From the IMG/VR virus record IMGVR_UViG_3300019378_000951, positions 64,001-128,000 of that record: a stretch of 64,000 bases of DNA; one strand, 5' to 3'. This document shows positions 22,658 to 33,207 of the stretch, piece after piece. The notes beneath the pieces are model-generated. The model ran no database searches, was not told the DNA's origin, and saw only the letters and a list, made by a program, of their open reading frames with translations. The DNA comes from a virus (Duplodnaviria > Caudoviricetes). The position numbers and the translations under genes were made by a program. Position 1 is the stretch's first letter; each line of letters starts with the position of its first letter.

Positions 22658-23218
22658 ATGATGTTTAATGATATATTTATACACAAGGGCGAAGTATGGG
22701 CCAAAGCTAAATATAGTTGCAAATTGCCATTAGTGGGCTTTGTAAAATCCAATATTCCTGTACGTATGAGTGAAGAAAATTTCAAGACATTGGTAAGAAA
22801 CGGGCATCCTATAGTTAAAATACCTATATCTGAATTATACGTAATGCCTTTAGGAAAATATTATAATCCAGCTCCTCTTGTTTATCAAAAAGTTGTTAAT
22901 AAAGAATTTAGAGTAGACCATGTTGAAAAAATAAATATGATTGAAGAAAGAATTGAAGAACCTACAATAGAATCAGTTATGCCAGATAATTGTATAGCTG
23001 ATATAAGTTCTGTAGGTGATATGTTGATGCAACAGGCAATAAATGACGAAGAGCCTGATAATATAGATGAAGACGATGAACCGATAACTAGAAATGAAAT
23101 AAATAGAATGAAAAAAGCAGATTTACAAAAATTGCTTGATTATTTAGAAATACCATATACAGAAGAAATGGTTGTTAAAGATTTAAGAGAATTAGCGTTA
23201 GAAGCGCTTGATTTATAA
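22658..23218 (+). CDS. Hypothetical protein with C-terminal HeH/Rho-N-like helical motif
   Basis: EINRMKKADLQKLLDYLEIPY...VKDLRELAL. Confidence 0.45.
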   Translation: MMFNDIFIHKGEVWAKAKYSCKLPLVGFVKSNIPVRMSEENFKTLVRNGHPIVKIPISELYVMPLGKYYNPAPLVYQKVVNKEFRVDHVEKINMIEERIEEPTIESVMPDNCIADISSVGDMLMQQAINDEEPDNIDEDDEPITRNEINRMKKADLQKLLDYLEIPYTEEMVVKDLRELALEALDL

Positions 23219-23221
23219 GAT

Positions 23222-23266
23222 TAAGGATTACACTATGCTAATACCGTAGTGTAATCCTTATTTTTT
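23222..23266 (+). terminator. Rho-independent terminator
   Basis: TAAGGATTACACTA...TAGTGTAATCCTTA followed by a T run. Confidence 0.8.
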
Positions 23267-23278
23267 GAAAATTACAGT

Positions 23279-23290
23279 AACAAACTAGTA
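23279..23290 (+). promoter_or_regulatory. Late promoter AACA-N6-TA; also + strand 2501, 18919, 20531, 26678, 27707, 32855 and - strand 2440-2451, 17190-17201, 40326-40337, 59165-59176
   Basis: Same spacing in 11 non-coding positions shortly upstream of starts; matches the AR9 non-virion RNAP late consensus. Confidence 0.8.
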
Positions 23291-23317
23291 TTGATTTGTA
23301 CGAGAAAGGAGAAAATA

Positions 23318-26300
23318 ATGTTTTATTTGGATAAATTAAAAGAGAATAAGCTTTATAATAAATTTCCAATTTCGGGAATAAATGCTTCAGCTCAAGATAA
23401 GCGTAATGGAACATGTTTAATGGTTTTAGGTAAAAATCAAAATGAAACAGTTGAAGTCCTTAATGCCGGACTAGTAAGTCCTATGAATTTTAGATCTTTT
23501 TATATACCACGTAAAATAAAAACAGTTCACGCAAATAAAGTAACATTAGTTAAGCAAAAAGATTATTATGATGTTATAAAATCCAAAGCTGCAAATATAA
23601 GTTTTACATTGACAACTATAGAAGCTTATAAAGGTAAAAACTTAATATATGATATGTCTCAAGAAATTGAATTTACAAATTCTATAATAAAAGTTTCAGG
23701 AAAACGTAAATACGAGATAATGTCAAAAATGATAATGACTCGTTTATATGAACTTAAAGCTCATTATCAAAATGTAATAATATTATGTCCGATGAGTATA
23801 AACGAAGAATCATATACTAATATAAATGCTGCAAATTCAATGAGTCAATATATTTATCACATGTTACAATCTGGAATTCTTGAGGATGAAATGGTTATAA
23901 TGTTTGCACCAGCTTCAAGAATATACACATTATTTAAAGGTAATGAAAATACAGCTAATGAATCAATGAAAATAATAAGACGTTTACAAAACCGTATTAA
24001 TGGTGTTGACGAAGATTCTGAAGAAAATGCTGAAATTAAAACTGTTAATGATGATGAAGTAGTTCAAGATGTATCAGAAACTGTAGTTAATAAAGAACTT
24101 AAGCCTATATTAAATAAAATAGGCATGAAAGTTGATAAGGTTCCATCAGATTTACACCCAATGGTATCTGCTTTACAAGATATGGTACAAGAAGTAATTA
24201 AAACTAAATCAGAAGAAGAAATGGTGGAAGAGGTTCTTAATAAATCACCTGAATTCTTAGAAATGTTTAGTGAATTAGTTGAAATTAAAAAGGTTGGTAT
24301 GAACAATGCCGAAGCTATTAAGAAAACAGAACGTATACAAAAACTTAAAGAAAAACAAGGGCTGGTTCAAGTTACAGATAATTTAACAATAGCAGATATA
24401 CTAGCGGATTTTGAAGAAATTAAATTAGAACCAATAATACTTCCTGCTAGAACTATTAACAAAGAAATACAGCAATCATCAGTTAAAAACTTTGATAGTT
24501 CTTATCAAAAGAAAGTGTTAGAAAAAGATATAGCAAGTATATTTACAGCATTTAACAATGATACAGATATTAAAATATTTACAACAAGAGTTCAAAAAAC
24601 TGATAGTTCTGATGATTTATCTAATAAAGAAACATACAGTCTTACAATGGAAGACGACAGAGGTAATAAACATAATGTAACATTTGATTTGCCTAAAGTT
24701 AAAGAAGGTAAATTTATGTACTTAAACTCAGGTAAAAAACTTATACAAAAACAAATAATGCTTTTACCTATAATAAAAACGCATCCAGATAAAGTACAAG
24801 TTACATCAAATGCTAATAAATTCTTCGTTGAACGTTTTGGACAAAAAATGTCATCAAGATTAGATGCATTAAAGAGATTATGCATATCTGATGCTTTAAG
24901 AGGTTCTAATATAGAAGTTAAAAAAGGTAATGCTAAAGGAGTTAACTCTAAACTTCAAACAAACCTTGAATATTTAGACTTCTCTGATAGTGTTTCTGAA
25001 ATAAACTTTGGAGACCTTAAATTACAATTTAACTATAATTTAATAATGAATATGCTTAATCCTAATAAACCAGATTTCAATGAAAAAGTATATAATGAAT
25101 TCGGAGATAAAGATAAAGATTTTATGTTATTTGGATATTCGCGTAAAGAACTTATAATGTTCGATAGAATATCTGGAGAAGTATATAGCCAAATAAATGG
25201 TAAAAATGATAAAGTTGCAGATTCTTTATTTGATTATGTATTAGGCTTAATAAATAAATCTAACGTAGATAAAAAAGTTGTAGCTTCTATACTTAATAAA
25301 AAACCTGGTAAATCATACGCGTACAGTAGAATAGCTATAAATAGTAAACGCATGCCATTAATATGTATACTTGGTTATGAACTAGGATTATCAAAAGTTC
25401 TTGAAAGATATGAAATAAAATATAAGTTCTCTCAAGAAGTACCTAAGTATGCAGCAACTAACAAACAAGAAATAATTAGATTCTTAGATGGATATTTAAC
25501 ATATGATTCTAGCCTATTACGTAATTCATTATTATTAAATGGACTTTCTGCAGTAGGTTGTGAAGAATATAGTTTTGAAGATATGGATACTATAGAACCA
25601 TATTTAGACATGTTCTATCAATTAACTGGTTCTAGAAATGCTGGTAAAGGTATACATAATAACCTTAGTTTAATGATAGACCCGTTAACACTAGATGTAT
25701 TAAGAAAACTACATTTACCAGAAAATATATATGATATATTACTTTATTCTAATACATTACTTGAAGATGTTACATTTAAGAAAATGAATGATATGAGTAC
25801 TTATCGTATAAGGGGAGCAGAACAAATACCAGCATTAGCTTATAACTGTTTAGCTAACTATGTAAGAGAATATAAAGACAAAATACGTGCAGGAAATAAT
25901 AATGCTAGAATAAGTATGCCTAGAGATATAGTAATTAAAAAGATACTTGAGCTAGCAACAGTAGATGAATATTCTACACTTAATCCATCACTTGAAATAG
26001 AACGTAGTTCAGGTGCAACATATAAAGGTTTAAGTGGTAAAATAATGCCACCTCGCATATGTGAGTAAAACTTCTTTAATTGCTGGAAACTCCTATATGG
26101 ACAATCAGCAACCAAGCTCGAAAGAGAAGGTTCAACGACTATCGAAACCGTTAATAAGGGAGTAGAGTACCGAAAGGGAAATGGGAAGCATCAGAGATGA
26201 TGAAGATATAGTCTGAACTATATAGAAATATATAGGTAACATAATGATTAACCTTGATAGTGCATATACACCTGCTATACGTAGTTATGATAAATCAATG

Positions 26301-29300
26301 AATGGATTATTTAGTTATAGTACTCCTAAAATGGGAATTTTATTATAAACACTATTGGGAGTGTAAAACTTCTTTAATTGCTGGGAACTCCTATATGGAC
26401 AATCAGCAGCCAAGCATCTATAAGATGAAGGTTCAACGACTATCGAAACCGTTAATAAGGGAGTAGAGTACACTCAGAATGAGTGGAAATGGGAAGCACT
26501 AGAGATAGTGAAGATATAGTCTGAACTATGCAGAAATGTATAGTTAACATAAATGGATAGTGACAAAGTTGGGGTTAGAAAGACAATCTAATGGCTCCAA
26601 CTATAAAAAAGCTCTTTAATTGCTGGGACATCCCATGAGGACAATCAGCAGCTTAATTAATCTTACTTTTATTTTATAACAAATATGTATAAATAAAAGT
26701 AGGAGTGGTGAATATAAATGAATCTTAAATTAGAATTAAATGGCAGTACATATAATATAAATACTGAAAGTTATCCAGAAGGATATGGATTAAAACTATA
26801 TGAACAAGCACAGAAATTCGGATATATGTGTTATAATTATTATGAATGCATAGATGACAATACTTCATATTTGCTTATGTTTTCAAAAGCATATGGCATA
26901 ATAAAAGCTAAAGTAGATAATGAAGATATTCCTAAACTATCTAAATGTACATGGAGACCTAATTATTCTAAACGATCTCAAAAATATTACGTAGAGAATA
27001 CAGATAAAGGTAAAATGCATAGATATATAATGGGGTTTAACAAAAAAGAAGATGTAGATATAAAAATTGATCATATAGATAGAGATCCTTTAAATAATTG
27101 CAAAACTAATTTACGTAAAGTAACTCAAGCTGAAAATTGTAAAAATTCTTCATTGAGAAGTGACAATACATCTGGTATAAAAGGTATACGATATGAAAAA
27201 AGTAGAAACAGATGGTCAGCTGAAATACATGTAGATGGTAAAAAATATACTAAATGTTTTGCAGTTAGTAAGTATGGATATCAGGAGGCATTAAATTTAG
27301 CTATTGAATTTAGAAGAAAGATTGCTGAAGAAAATGGATTCATAAACCCATTTAATTAAGTTCAACGACTATCGAAACCGTTAATAAGGGAGTAGAGTAC
27401 ACGAAAGCACGTGGAAACAAGAGCCACTAGAAATAGTGAAGATATAGTCTGATCTGTATAGCAATATACAGTTAACATAAATGCGTTAGACAATTAACTT
27501 ATAACCCTAATATACTTAATACAAGAGGATTCGTAGACACAGATAGATCAGAAAATCCGGCTATAGATTATTTCGGTCCAGCTGAGCTACTTAACCCATT
27601 CACTAAATTAATTGGTGAATTAAAACTTCTTTAATTGCTGGAACCTCCTATATGGACAATCAGCAGCCAAGATAAAATAATCATCTAACAATATAAAAAT
27701 CATTTTAACAAATCTCTATTAAAAATTATTGAGAGGAGTTAACAAATGCCTAAAAAATTAACAGAACAAGAAGTTCGAGATAATATTAGTAAGATAGATA
27801 ATGGAGAATATGAATTAATAGGACATTATATAAATAGTAAAACTCCAATTAAAATAAAACATAAATGTGGACGAATAATGGAAATTCAATATGGAAAATT
27901 TACTGGAAAAAGAGCTCAAAGATGCAGATGTTTATTTGAACATCATAATAAAATGAGTCTGGATGAATTTAAAAAACGTTTATTTGAAAAACATGGGAAC
28001 AATTATGAAATTGTAAACGAAAATGAGTATGTTGATTATAATACTCCTATATATTTTATACATAAACCGTGTGGTAATAAATATAAAAGAAAACCAGATA
28101 ATGTTATTAGATGTAATACATGTGTAGAATGTAGTTATACGCAAAAATTAAGAGCTTCTAATAACACTACAAAAACATTGTCTCAAATAAAGAATGAGAT
28201 TGATAAAATAACTGAGGGATCATGCAAATTAGCATACGATATAAACTATATAAATAATAAACAAGAATTGCCAATACTTCATAAGGAATGTGGTAAAATT
28301 AGCATGATTAGTTTTAATGATATTTCAGTTAAAAATACTAGATGTAGATATTGTAGTGGAAGTAAAGGAGAACTTATAATACAAGATTATCTTGATACTA
28401 ATAATATCAAATATGAACGAGAAAAAATTTTTGATAATTTAATTGATGAAAAACATCTTAGGTTTGATTTTTATATAGAAAATTACAATCACAATCTTTT
28501 AATAGAATTTGATGGAATTCAACATTTTGAACCAACATTTGGAAAAGATGATGTTGAAAAACAAAATAGATTTGAACTAACTCAAAAGCATGATAATATG
28601 AAAAATGAATATAGCAGAATACATGATATTAATCTTTTGAGAATTCGATATGATGAAATTGACAAAATAAATAAAATATTAGATGACTATTTTTATAAGG
28701 TTCAACGACTATCGAAACCGTTAATAAGGGAGTAGAGTACACTTAACTGTGGAAATGGGAAGCACTAGAGATAGTGAAGATATAGTCTGAGCTATGCAGA
28801 AATGTATAGATTAACATAACTGAATCAACACGCAGACCCACCGAGAATTAATAACCTGGTTCTCGTTAAACTTCTTTAATTGCTGGAACACCCTACAAGG
28901 ACAATCAGCAGCCAATCCTGAAAAGGAAGGTTCAACGACTATCGAAACCATTAATAAGGGAGTAGAGTACACCAACAATGGTGGAAATGGGAAGCACTAG
29001 AAATAGTGAAGATATAGTCTGATCTGTATAGTAATATACAGCTTAACATAATGCGGAATGCAGACAACTTAATTGTTGGGTTGTCTATAAAACCCTTTTA
29101 ATTGCTGGAACACCCTATATGGACAATCAGCAGCCAATCCTGAAAAGGAAGGTTCAACGACTATCGAAACCATTAATAAGGGAGTAGAGTACCGAAAGGG
29201 AAATGGAGGGCACTAGAGATAGTGAAGATATAGTCTGAACTATGCAGAAATGTATAGATTAACATATGCAACAAAAACATATAATCCCTATAAAGAAAGC

Positions 29301-30910
29301 ATCTCGTCCATTATTTGGATCAGGGGCTGAAAAAACTTTACCGTACCTACTATCAGATGACTTCGTAGATAAAGCAGAAAAAGCAGGAGTTGTAGAAAGA
29401 ATAGATAAGAAAATTAACTTAGCTGTTCTTAAATATGATGATGGTACTAGAGGAGTAATAGATCTAGCACCAGTAATGTCTAAAAACTCAAACGGTGGGT
29501 TAAAGAAATAGCTCACATTAAACGCTTTTAATTGCTGGGATATCCTATATGGACAATCAGCAGCCAAGCTCGAAAGAGAAGGTTCAACGACTATCGAAAC
29601 CGTTAATAAGGAAGTAGAGTAAATTTCACTTTGTTATGATATTTTTGAAAAGGAGCGCATCAGAGATGATGAAGATATAGTCTGATCTATACAGCAATGT
29701 ATAGTTAACACAAATGTTTTCTTAAAAAATGAAAAGAGATTTATGCTTAATGAAGGAGATAAATTTAAGCAAGGACAAATTATAGCTAAGAATGATCAAT
29801 ATTTCTTAGGAGATAATGCTGATAATGTAACTTATTCTACAGGGCGTATGACTAAAGTTGCCGTTACAAGTGCAGATTATACCTTAATATAGGGCTTTAT
29901 ATTAGAAATAATATATCGAAATACTTTTAATTGCTGGGAAATCCTACATGGACAATCAGCAGCGAAGATATAATATCTTTAACATGTATAATTTAATAAA
30001 CAAAAAGAAAATGATATTATATAACGTTCAACGACTATCCCGATAGGGAGTAGAACCAAGCGGTTCGAAATGGAGTACATCATATATGATGTTGATATAG
30101 TCTGGTCTATATAGAAATATATAGAAGGTATGATGTAGCGAATCATATCGCAACATAAACGATGAAGATAGTTCTATGGTTACTGATGCATTAGCTGAAG
30201 ACCTTACTTCTAAAATAACTATGAAGAAAACTATCAATCTAGGAGTAAATGCAAATATAGAACAGATGGTTAAAGTTGGAGATAAGATTAAAACAGGACA
30301 ATCTTTAATGATATTCGAAGAATCATTTGAAGATGAAAGTATAAATGCATTACTTGCTACTTTAGGTGATGAGTTTAATGAGCATGTAAGAGAAAACTCT
30401 AAAAATAAACTTAAATCTAAGTATACAGGAGAAATAGTTGATATAGTTATTTATTATAATAGAGATATAAGCGAATATCAACCTTCAGTACAAAAAATAT
30501 TAAAAGATTATATTAAAGCTGAAAAACTTAAAAAGCAATTTGTTAAAACTGCAACTGGGTCTAACGATGTTAGTTCTATACGTATGAAACCAATTAACAA
30601 ACAAAAACCTGGTAAAATAAAAGGTGAAGACGTTGATGGTTTATTAATAGAAATCTATATAGAATATATGGATAAAGCTGGTGTCGGAGACAAAATTACT
30701 TTCTACACAGCATTAAAGACTATCATATCAGATGTTATACCTAAAGGACAAGAACCATATAGTGAGTATAGACCTAATGAAGACATAGATGCAGTATTTT
30801 CTCCACTATCTATAAACTCGCGTATGACTACAGATGTTTTCAATGCGATGTTTTTAGGTAAGGCACTTATAGAATTAAAAAGACAAATAAAAGATATATA
30901 TGAAAAATAA
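23318..30910 (+). CDS. rpoB: Phage RNA polymerase beta-like subunit (probably virion RNAP), spliced: join(23318..26038,26247..26327,26556..26575,27484..27604,28823..28848,29054..29069,29269..29500,29717..29884,30162..30910), 1377 aa
   Basis: Splicing restores beta motifs in frame: KGLSG|INLD..STP|DSDKVGV|VRQL, NPFT|NQHADPPRI|GMQTT|QQKH, KNSNGGF|F, T|YEDS; also GKFMYLNSGKKL, GDKIT, SPLSINSRMT; exon sum 4134 nt is divisible by 3. Confidence 0.9.
26039..26246 (+). ncRNA. Group I intron 1 of RNAP beta (208 nt, no ORF)
   Basis: P1 GTGGT/GCCAC; P, Q, R and S core elements; ends AACATAATG. Confidence 0.92.
26328..26555 (+). ncRNA. Group I intron 2 of RNAP beta (228 nt, no ORF)
   Basis: P1 ACTCCT/GGGAGT, P10 CTATT/GATAG; core elements; ends AACATAAATG. 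Confidence 0.92.
26576..27483 (+). mobile_element. Group I intron 3 of RNAP beta, carrying an HNH-AP2 endonuclease
   Basis: P1 GTTGGGGT/GCTCCAAC, 7-bp P10; ORF inserted between Q and R elements. Confidence 0.92.
26718..27359 (+). CDS. Intron-encoded HNH-AP2 homing endonuclease
   Basis: MHRYIM, IDHIDRDPLNNCKTNLR (HNH), NTSGIKGI...RWSAEI...KCF..KYG..EA (AP2). Confidence 0.9.
   Translation: MNLKLELNGSTYNINTESYPEGYGLKLYEQAQKFGYMCYNYYECIDDNTSYLLMFSKAYGIIKAKVDNEDIPKLSKCTWRPNYSKRSQKYYVENTDKGKMHRYIMGFNKKEDVDIKIDHIDRDPLNNCKTNLRKVTQAENCKNSSLRSDNTSGIKGIRYEKSRNRWSAEIHVDGKKYTKCFAVSKYGYQEALNLAIEFRRKIAEENGFINPFN
27605..28822 (+). mobile_element. Group I intron 4 of RNAP beta, carrying a Zn-ribbon/PD-(D/E)xK endonuclease
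   Basis: P1 ATTCACT/GGTGAAT; core elements; ends AACATAACTG. Confidence 0.92.
27746..28735 (+). CDS. Intron-encoded endonuclease: three HxxC..CxxC Zn-ribbon repeats plus Vsr/DUF559-like nuclease domain
   Basis: KHKCG, IHKPCG, LHKECG repeats; SKGE...LRFDFYI...LIEFDGIQHF...HDNMKNEY...LLRIRY. Confidence 0.8.
   Translation: MPKKLTEQEVRDNISKIDNGEYELIGHYINSKTPIKIKHKCGRIMEIQYGKFTGKRAQRCRCLFEHHNKMSLDEFKKRLFEKHGNNYEIVNENEYVDYNTPIYFIHKPCGNKYKRKPDNVIRCNTCVECSYTQKLRASNNTTKTLSQIKNEIDKITEGSCKLAYDINYINNKQELPILHKECGKISMISFNDISVKNTRCRYCSGSKGELIIQDYLDTNNIKYEREKIFDNLIDEKHLRFDFYIENYNHNLLIEFDGIQHFEPTFGKDDVEKQNRFELTQKHDNMKNEYSRIHDINLLRIRYDEIDKINKILDDYFYKVQRLSKPLIRE
28849..29053 (+). ncRNA. Group I intron 5 of RNAP beta (205 nt, no ORF)
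   Basis: P1 CGAGAAT/GTTCTCG; core elements; ends AACATAATG. Confidence 0.92.
29070..29268 (+). ncRNA. Group I intron 6 of RNAP beta (199 nt, no ORF)
   Basis: P1 GACAACT/GGTTGTC, P10 TTGTTG/CAACAA; ends AACATATG. Confidence 0.92.
29501..29716 (+). ncRNA. Group I intron 7 of RNAP beta (216 nt, no ORF)
   Basis: P1 GTGGGT/GCTCAC; core elements; ends AACACAAATG. Confidence 0.9.
29885..30161 (+). ncRNA. Group I intron 8 of RNAP beta (277 nt, no ORF)
   Basis: Core AATTGCTGGG, AATCAGCAG, TTCAACGACTA, GATATAGTC; removal restores T-Y-E-D-S; ends AACATAAACG. Confidence 0.88.
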
Positions 30911-30942
30911 AGATATAACCCTTTTATAAGGGTTATATCTTA
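30910..30942 (+). terminator. Stem-loop after the RNAP gene
   Basis: AAGATATAACCCTT...AAGGGTTATATCTT. Confidence 0.7.
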
Positions 30943-31046
30943 AAAAATATTTTAAATACATATTATTATTATGATAGAAATATAATTTTTATCATTTAAG
31001 TTAAAAAAATGTGAAAAAAATTAAATTAAAATGGAGGTAATTTAAT

Positions 31047-31223
31047 ATGATGGAAACTAAATATGCTATGGAGATAACTAAAGAAAATGAAACTATGTTA
31101 AGAATTGAATCTCATGATAGAGATTCGTTATTACAAAGAGCTAGATTATATCATAAAAAACATCCAGATGCCATAGTAATGGTATATGAAGTTTCATGTA
31201 TATTTGCAAGAGAAACAATATAA
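31047..31223 (+). CDS. Small hypothetical protein (58 aa), not in ORF track
   Basis: GGAGGT RBS with AT-rich leader; open frame. Confidence 0.6.
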   Translation: MMETKYAMEITKENETMLRIESHDRDSLLQRARLYHKKHPDAIVMVYEVSCIFARETI

Positions 31224-31304
31224 ATTAATAATTAGTAAACGATGATATATTAAAAAACTTTTCCGGTAACTTATTTTTATAATTAACTTAAGGGGTGTGT
31301 TCAA

Positions 31305-31937
31305 ATGGACTTAAAGAAAAATGTAACTATAATAGCAACTACAATGATAGGTACTGCTGTGGGAACAACTTTATTAATTAATGGTGTTAAAACAAAAGCA
31401 CCTGAATTAAACAATGAAATTAATGAAAACCCAGTAATATTAAAGTCTGAACGCAAAGAAACACAATCATCATATAATAAAGTAAAAGAGATAAATGAAG
31501 ATAATATTAAACTTTTAGTGTATGAATCTTCAGAAGCTAAGTATGAAAGAACTTTAAGAACAAACGACTGGATAAATGTGACTAGTAAATTATCTACTAC
31601 TTACTCATATAATGCAACTATTGATTTAAGTAAAGCTGCTAAAGTTTGTGAAGTACGTGGAATAACATTTGTAGATATTGACACAAGTAAAATTAAATTA
31701 AATTGTATCAATATAGCAGAACCAATTGTTAAGACAGATGTTAACTTCTTTAACCAATTCAAAGGCAGATCTATAGAGGAAAACATGAATCAACTAGTTA
31801 TATTAACATATGAAGACATTGAAGAGATAGTCAACAAACAATTTGACGAAAATCATGATAAAATGGTTAAAAATGTTAAAGAAAAAGTACGTAGTCTATA
31901 TGATGGATTAGACAACGTAAAAGTTAGATTTAATTAA
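31305..31937 (+). CDS. Membrane-anchored DUF4230-like protein
   Basis: N-terminal hydrophobic helix; YSYNATIDLSK pattern. Confidence 0.4.
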   Translation: MDLKKNVTIIATTMIGTAVGTTLLINGVKTKAPELNNEINENPVILKSERKETQSSYNKVKEINEDNIKLLVYESSEAKYERTLRTNDWINVTSKLSTTYSYNATIDLSKAAKVCEVRGITFVDIDTSKIKLNCINIAEPIVKTDVNFFNQFKGRSIEENMNQLVILTYEDIEEIVNKQFDENHDKMVKNVKEKVRSLYDGLDNVKVRFN

Positions 31938-32036
31938 TTTTATATAATAACCATAAAAAAGTTGAATAACTAAAGTTAAATATTATAAGACGCAATTCAA
32001 CTTTTGTAAGGTCAAATTTAGGGAGGATAAATTATT

Positions 32037-32786
32037 ATGAAAATGGGTAAAAAAGTTATAAGTAGTGTATTAATGGGAACAACAGTATTAAGTTCTATGT
32101 TAAATTGTCACGGTGAAGAAAGACAATATATAAAATTTTCAGTAGGGGAAGAAGAACCGGAAAAAGTTGTAGAAACAAGTAATACACCAGACATAGTAGT
32201 AAGACCAGGTGAGTATGATGGAAAACCTGGTAAAAGAGTATATATAAATCCTAATTTAGTAAATGTACCATCTGACATACCTGTTAAAGTGGATGATAAA
32301 GGATTTTATATACAAGAATTTGATATCAATTTTAAATTATGCAAAGCTATAGTTTCTAAGTTAGAAGCTAAAGGTGTAAATGTTAAATTTCAAGTAGCTG
32401 AAAACAAGTATCAAGATTTAAATGCTGCTGGTAGAGCTGCAAGTAAAAGTGGTGCTAAAATGTATCTAAGTGTTCATCATAATAGCTTTAAAGAAAACAG
32501 TGAAGGCTATTTCTTTATGACAAATCAAGGAAATGCTAAAGATGCGAAGTACGCACAACAGATGAGCGATGCAATATGTAATGGTAGTGTTAAACAATGT
32601 AAGAATAGAATAAATGACGGTTATATTGGTGAAATGAATGAAACAGGTGGTATGATAAACATATTAGGAGAGTTTGGATTCTTCAGTAATGTAAACGAAT
32701 TACAAAAGATAATAAGTAACGAACAGGTTGAATACGTAAGTACTCAACTTGCAGAAGAGATTTATGAGATACTAGAATTAAACTAG
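32037..32786 (+). CDS. Secreted N-acetylmuramoyl-L-alanine amidase (Amidase_3-like)
   Basis: Signal-like N-terminus; VVRPGE, EFDIN, YLSVHHNS, ILGEFGFF. Confidence 0.75.
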   Translation: MKMGKKVISSVLMGTTVLSSMLNCHGEERQYIKFSVGEEEPEKVVETSNTPDIVVRPGEYDGKPGKRVYINPNLVNVPSDIPVKVDDKGFYIQEFDINFKLCKAIVSKLEAKGVNVKFQVAENKYQDLNAAGRAASKSGAKMYLSVHHNSFKENSEGYFFMTNQGNAKDAKYAQQMSDAICNGSVKQCKNRINDGYIGEMNETGGMINILGEFGFFSNVNELQKIISNEQVEYVSTQLAEEIYEILELN

Positions 32787-32892
32787 TATCATTTTAAATA
32801 AGAATGAATATATATTCATTCTTATTTTTTTTTTTCGTGTATTCGTATTATATGAACATATTCATATTAAACTATAAAAGGGGTTGATCATA

Positions 32893-33195
32893 ATGTATAA
32901 AGTTATAGTAATTAAAGAATATGGAAAAAAATCATCAATACAAGAATTTGATAACAAACCTGAGGCTATTGCAACTTTCTTAGAATTAATAAATGCTGAA
33001 TGTGAAAGACATGCTTTGGCTAGTAAATATATTAGAATAGACAGCGAAGTACGAATGAGAGGAGATTTATTTTATTCTAGAGAAGATAATTATAGAGGTG
33101 AATATATTGTTATTGTAGGTAACGGATTAGAAGAATATAGAAATCCTGGAAAATATAAACAAATTATGAAGAAATATGTAAATCAATTATTATAA
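32893..33195 (+). CDS. Hypothetical late protein
   Basis: ORF downstream of AACA-N6-TA at 32855-32866. Confidence 0.55.
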   Translation: MYKVIVIKEYGKKSSIQEFDNKPEAIATFLELINAECERHALASKYIRIDSEVRMRGDLFYSREDNYRGEYIVIVGNGLEEYRNPGKYKQIMKKYVNQLL

Positions 33196-33207
33196 GGAGG
33201 TTTTAGC

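Noticed and set aside
25858-29567. Antisense ORFs starting MVADCPY/MAADCPY that look like a paralog family
   Set aside because: They are reverse translations of the repeated intron core
26039-30161. Pseudogene, intein or group II intron explanation for the fragmented RNAP gene
   Set aside because: Inserts have group I P/Q/R/S cores with U/G boundaries and stop codons, no GUGYG start or RT, and their removal restores the frame
29266-30910. Track ORFs 29266-29511 and 30176-30910 (also 7076-7267, 8336-9454, 38612-39019, 39203-39394, 39624-40298) as independent genes
   Set aside because: They are exons; several apparent start codons lie within intron ends and lack an RBS
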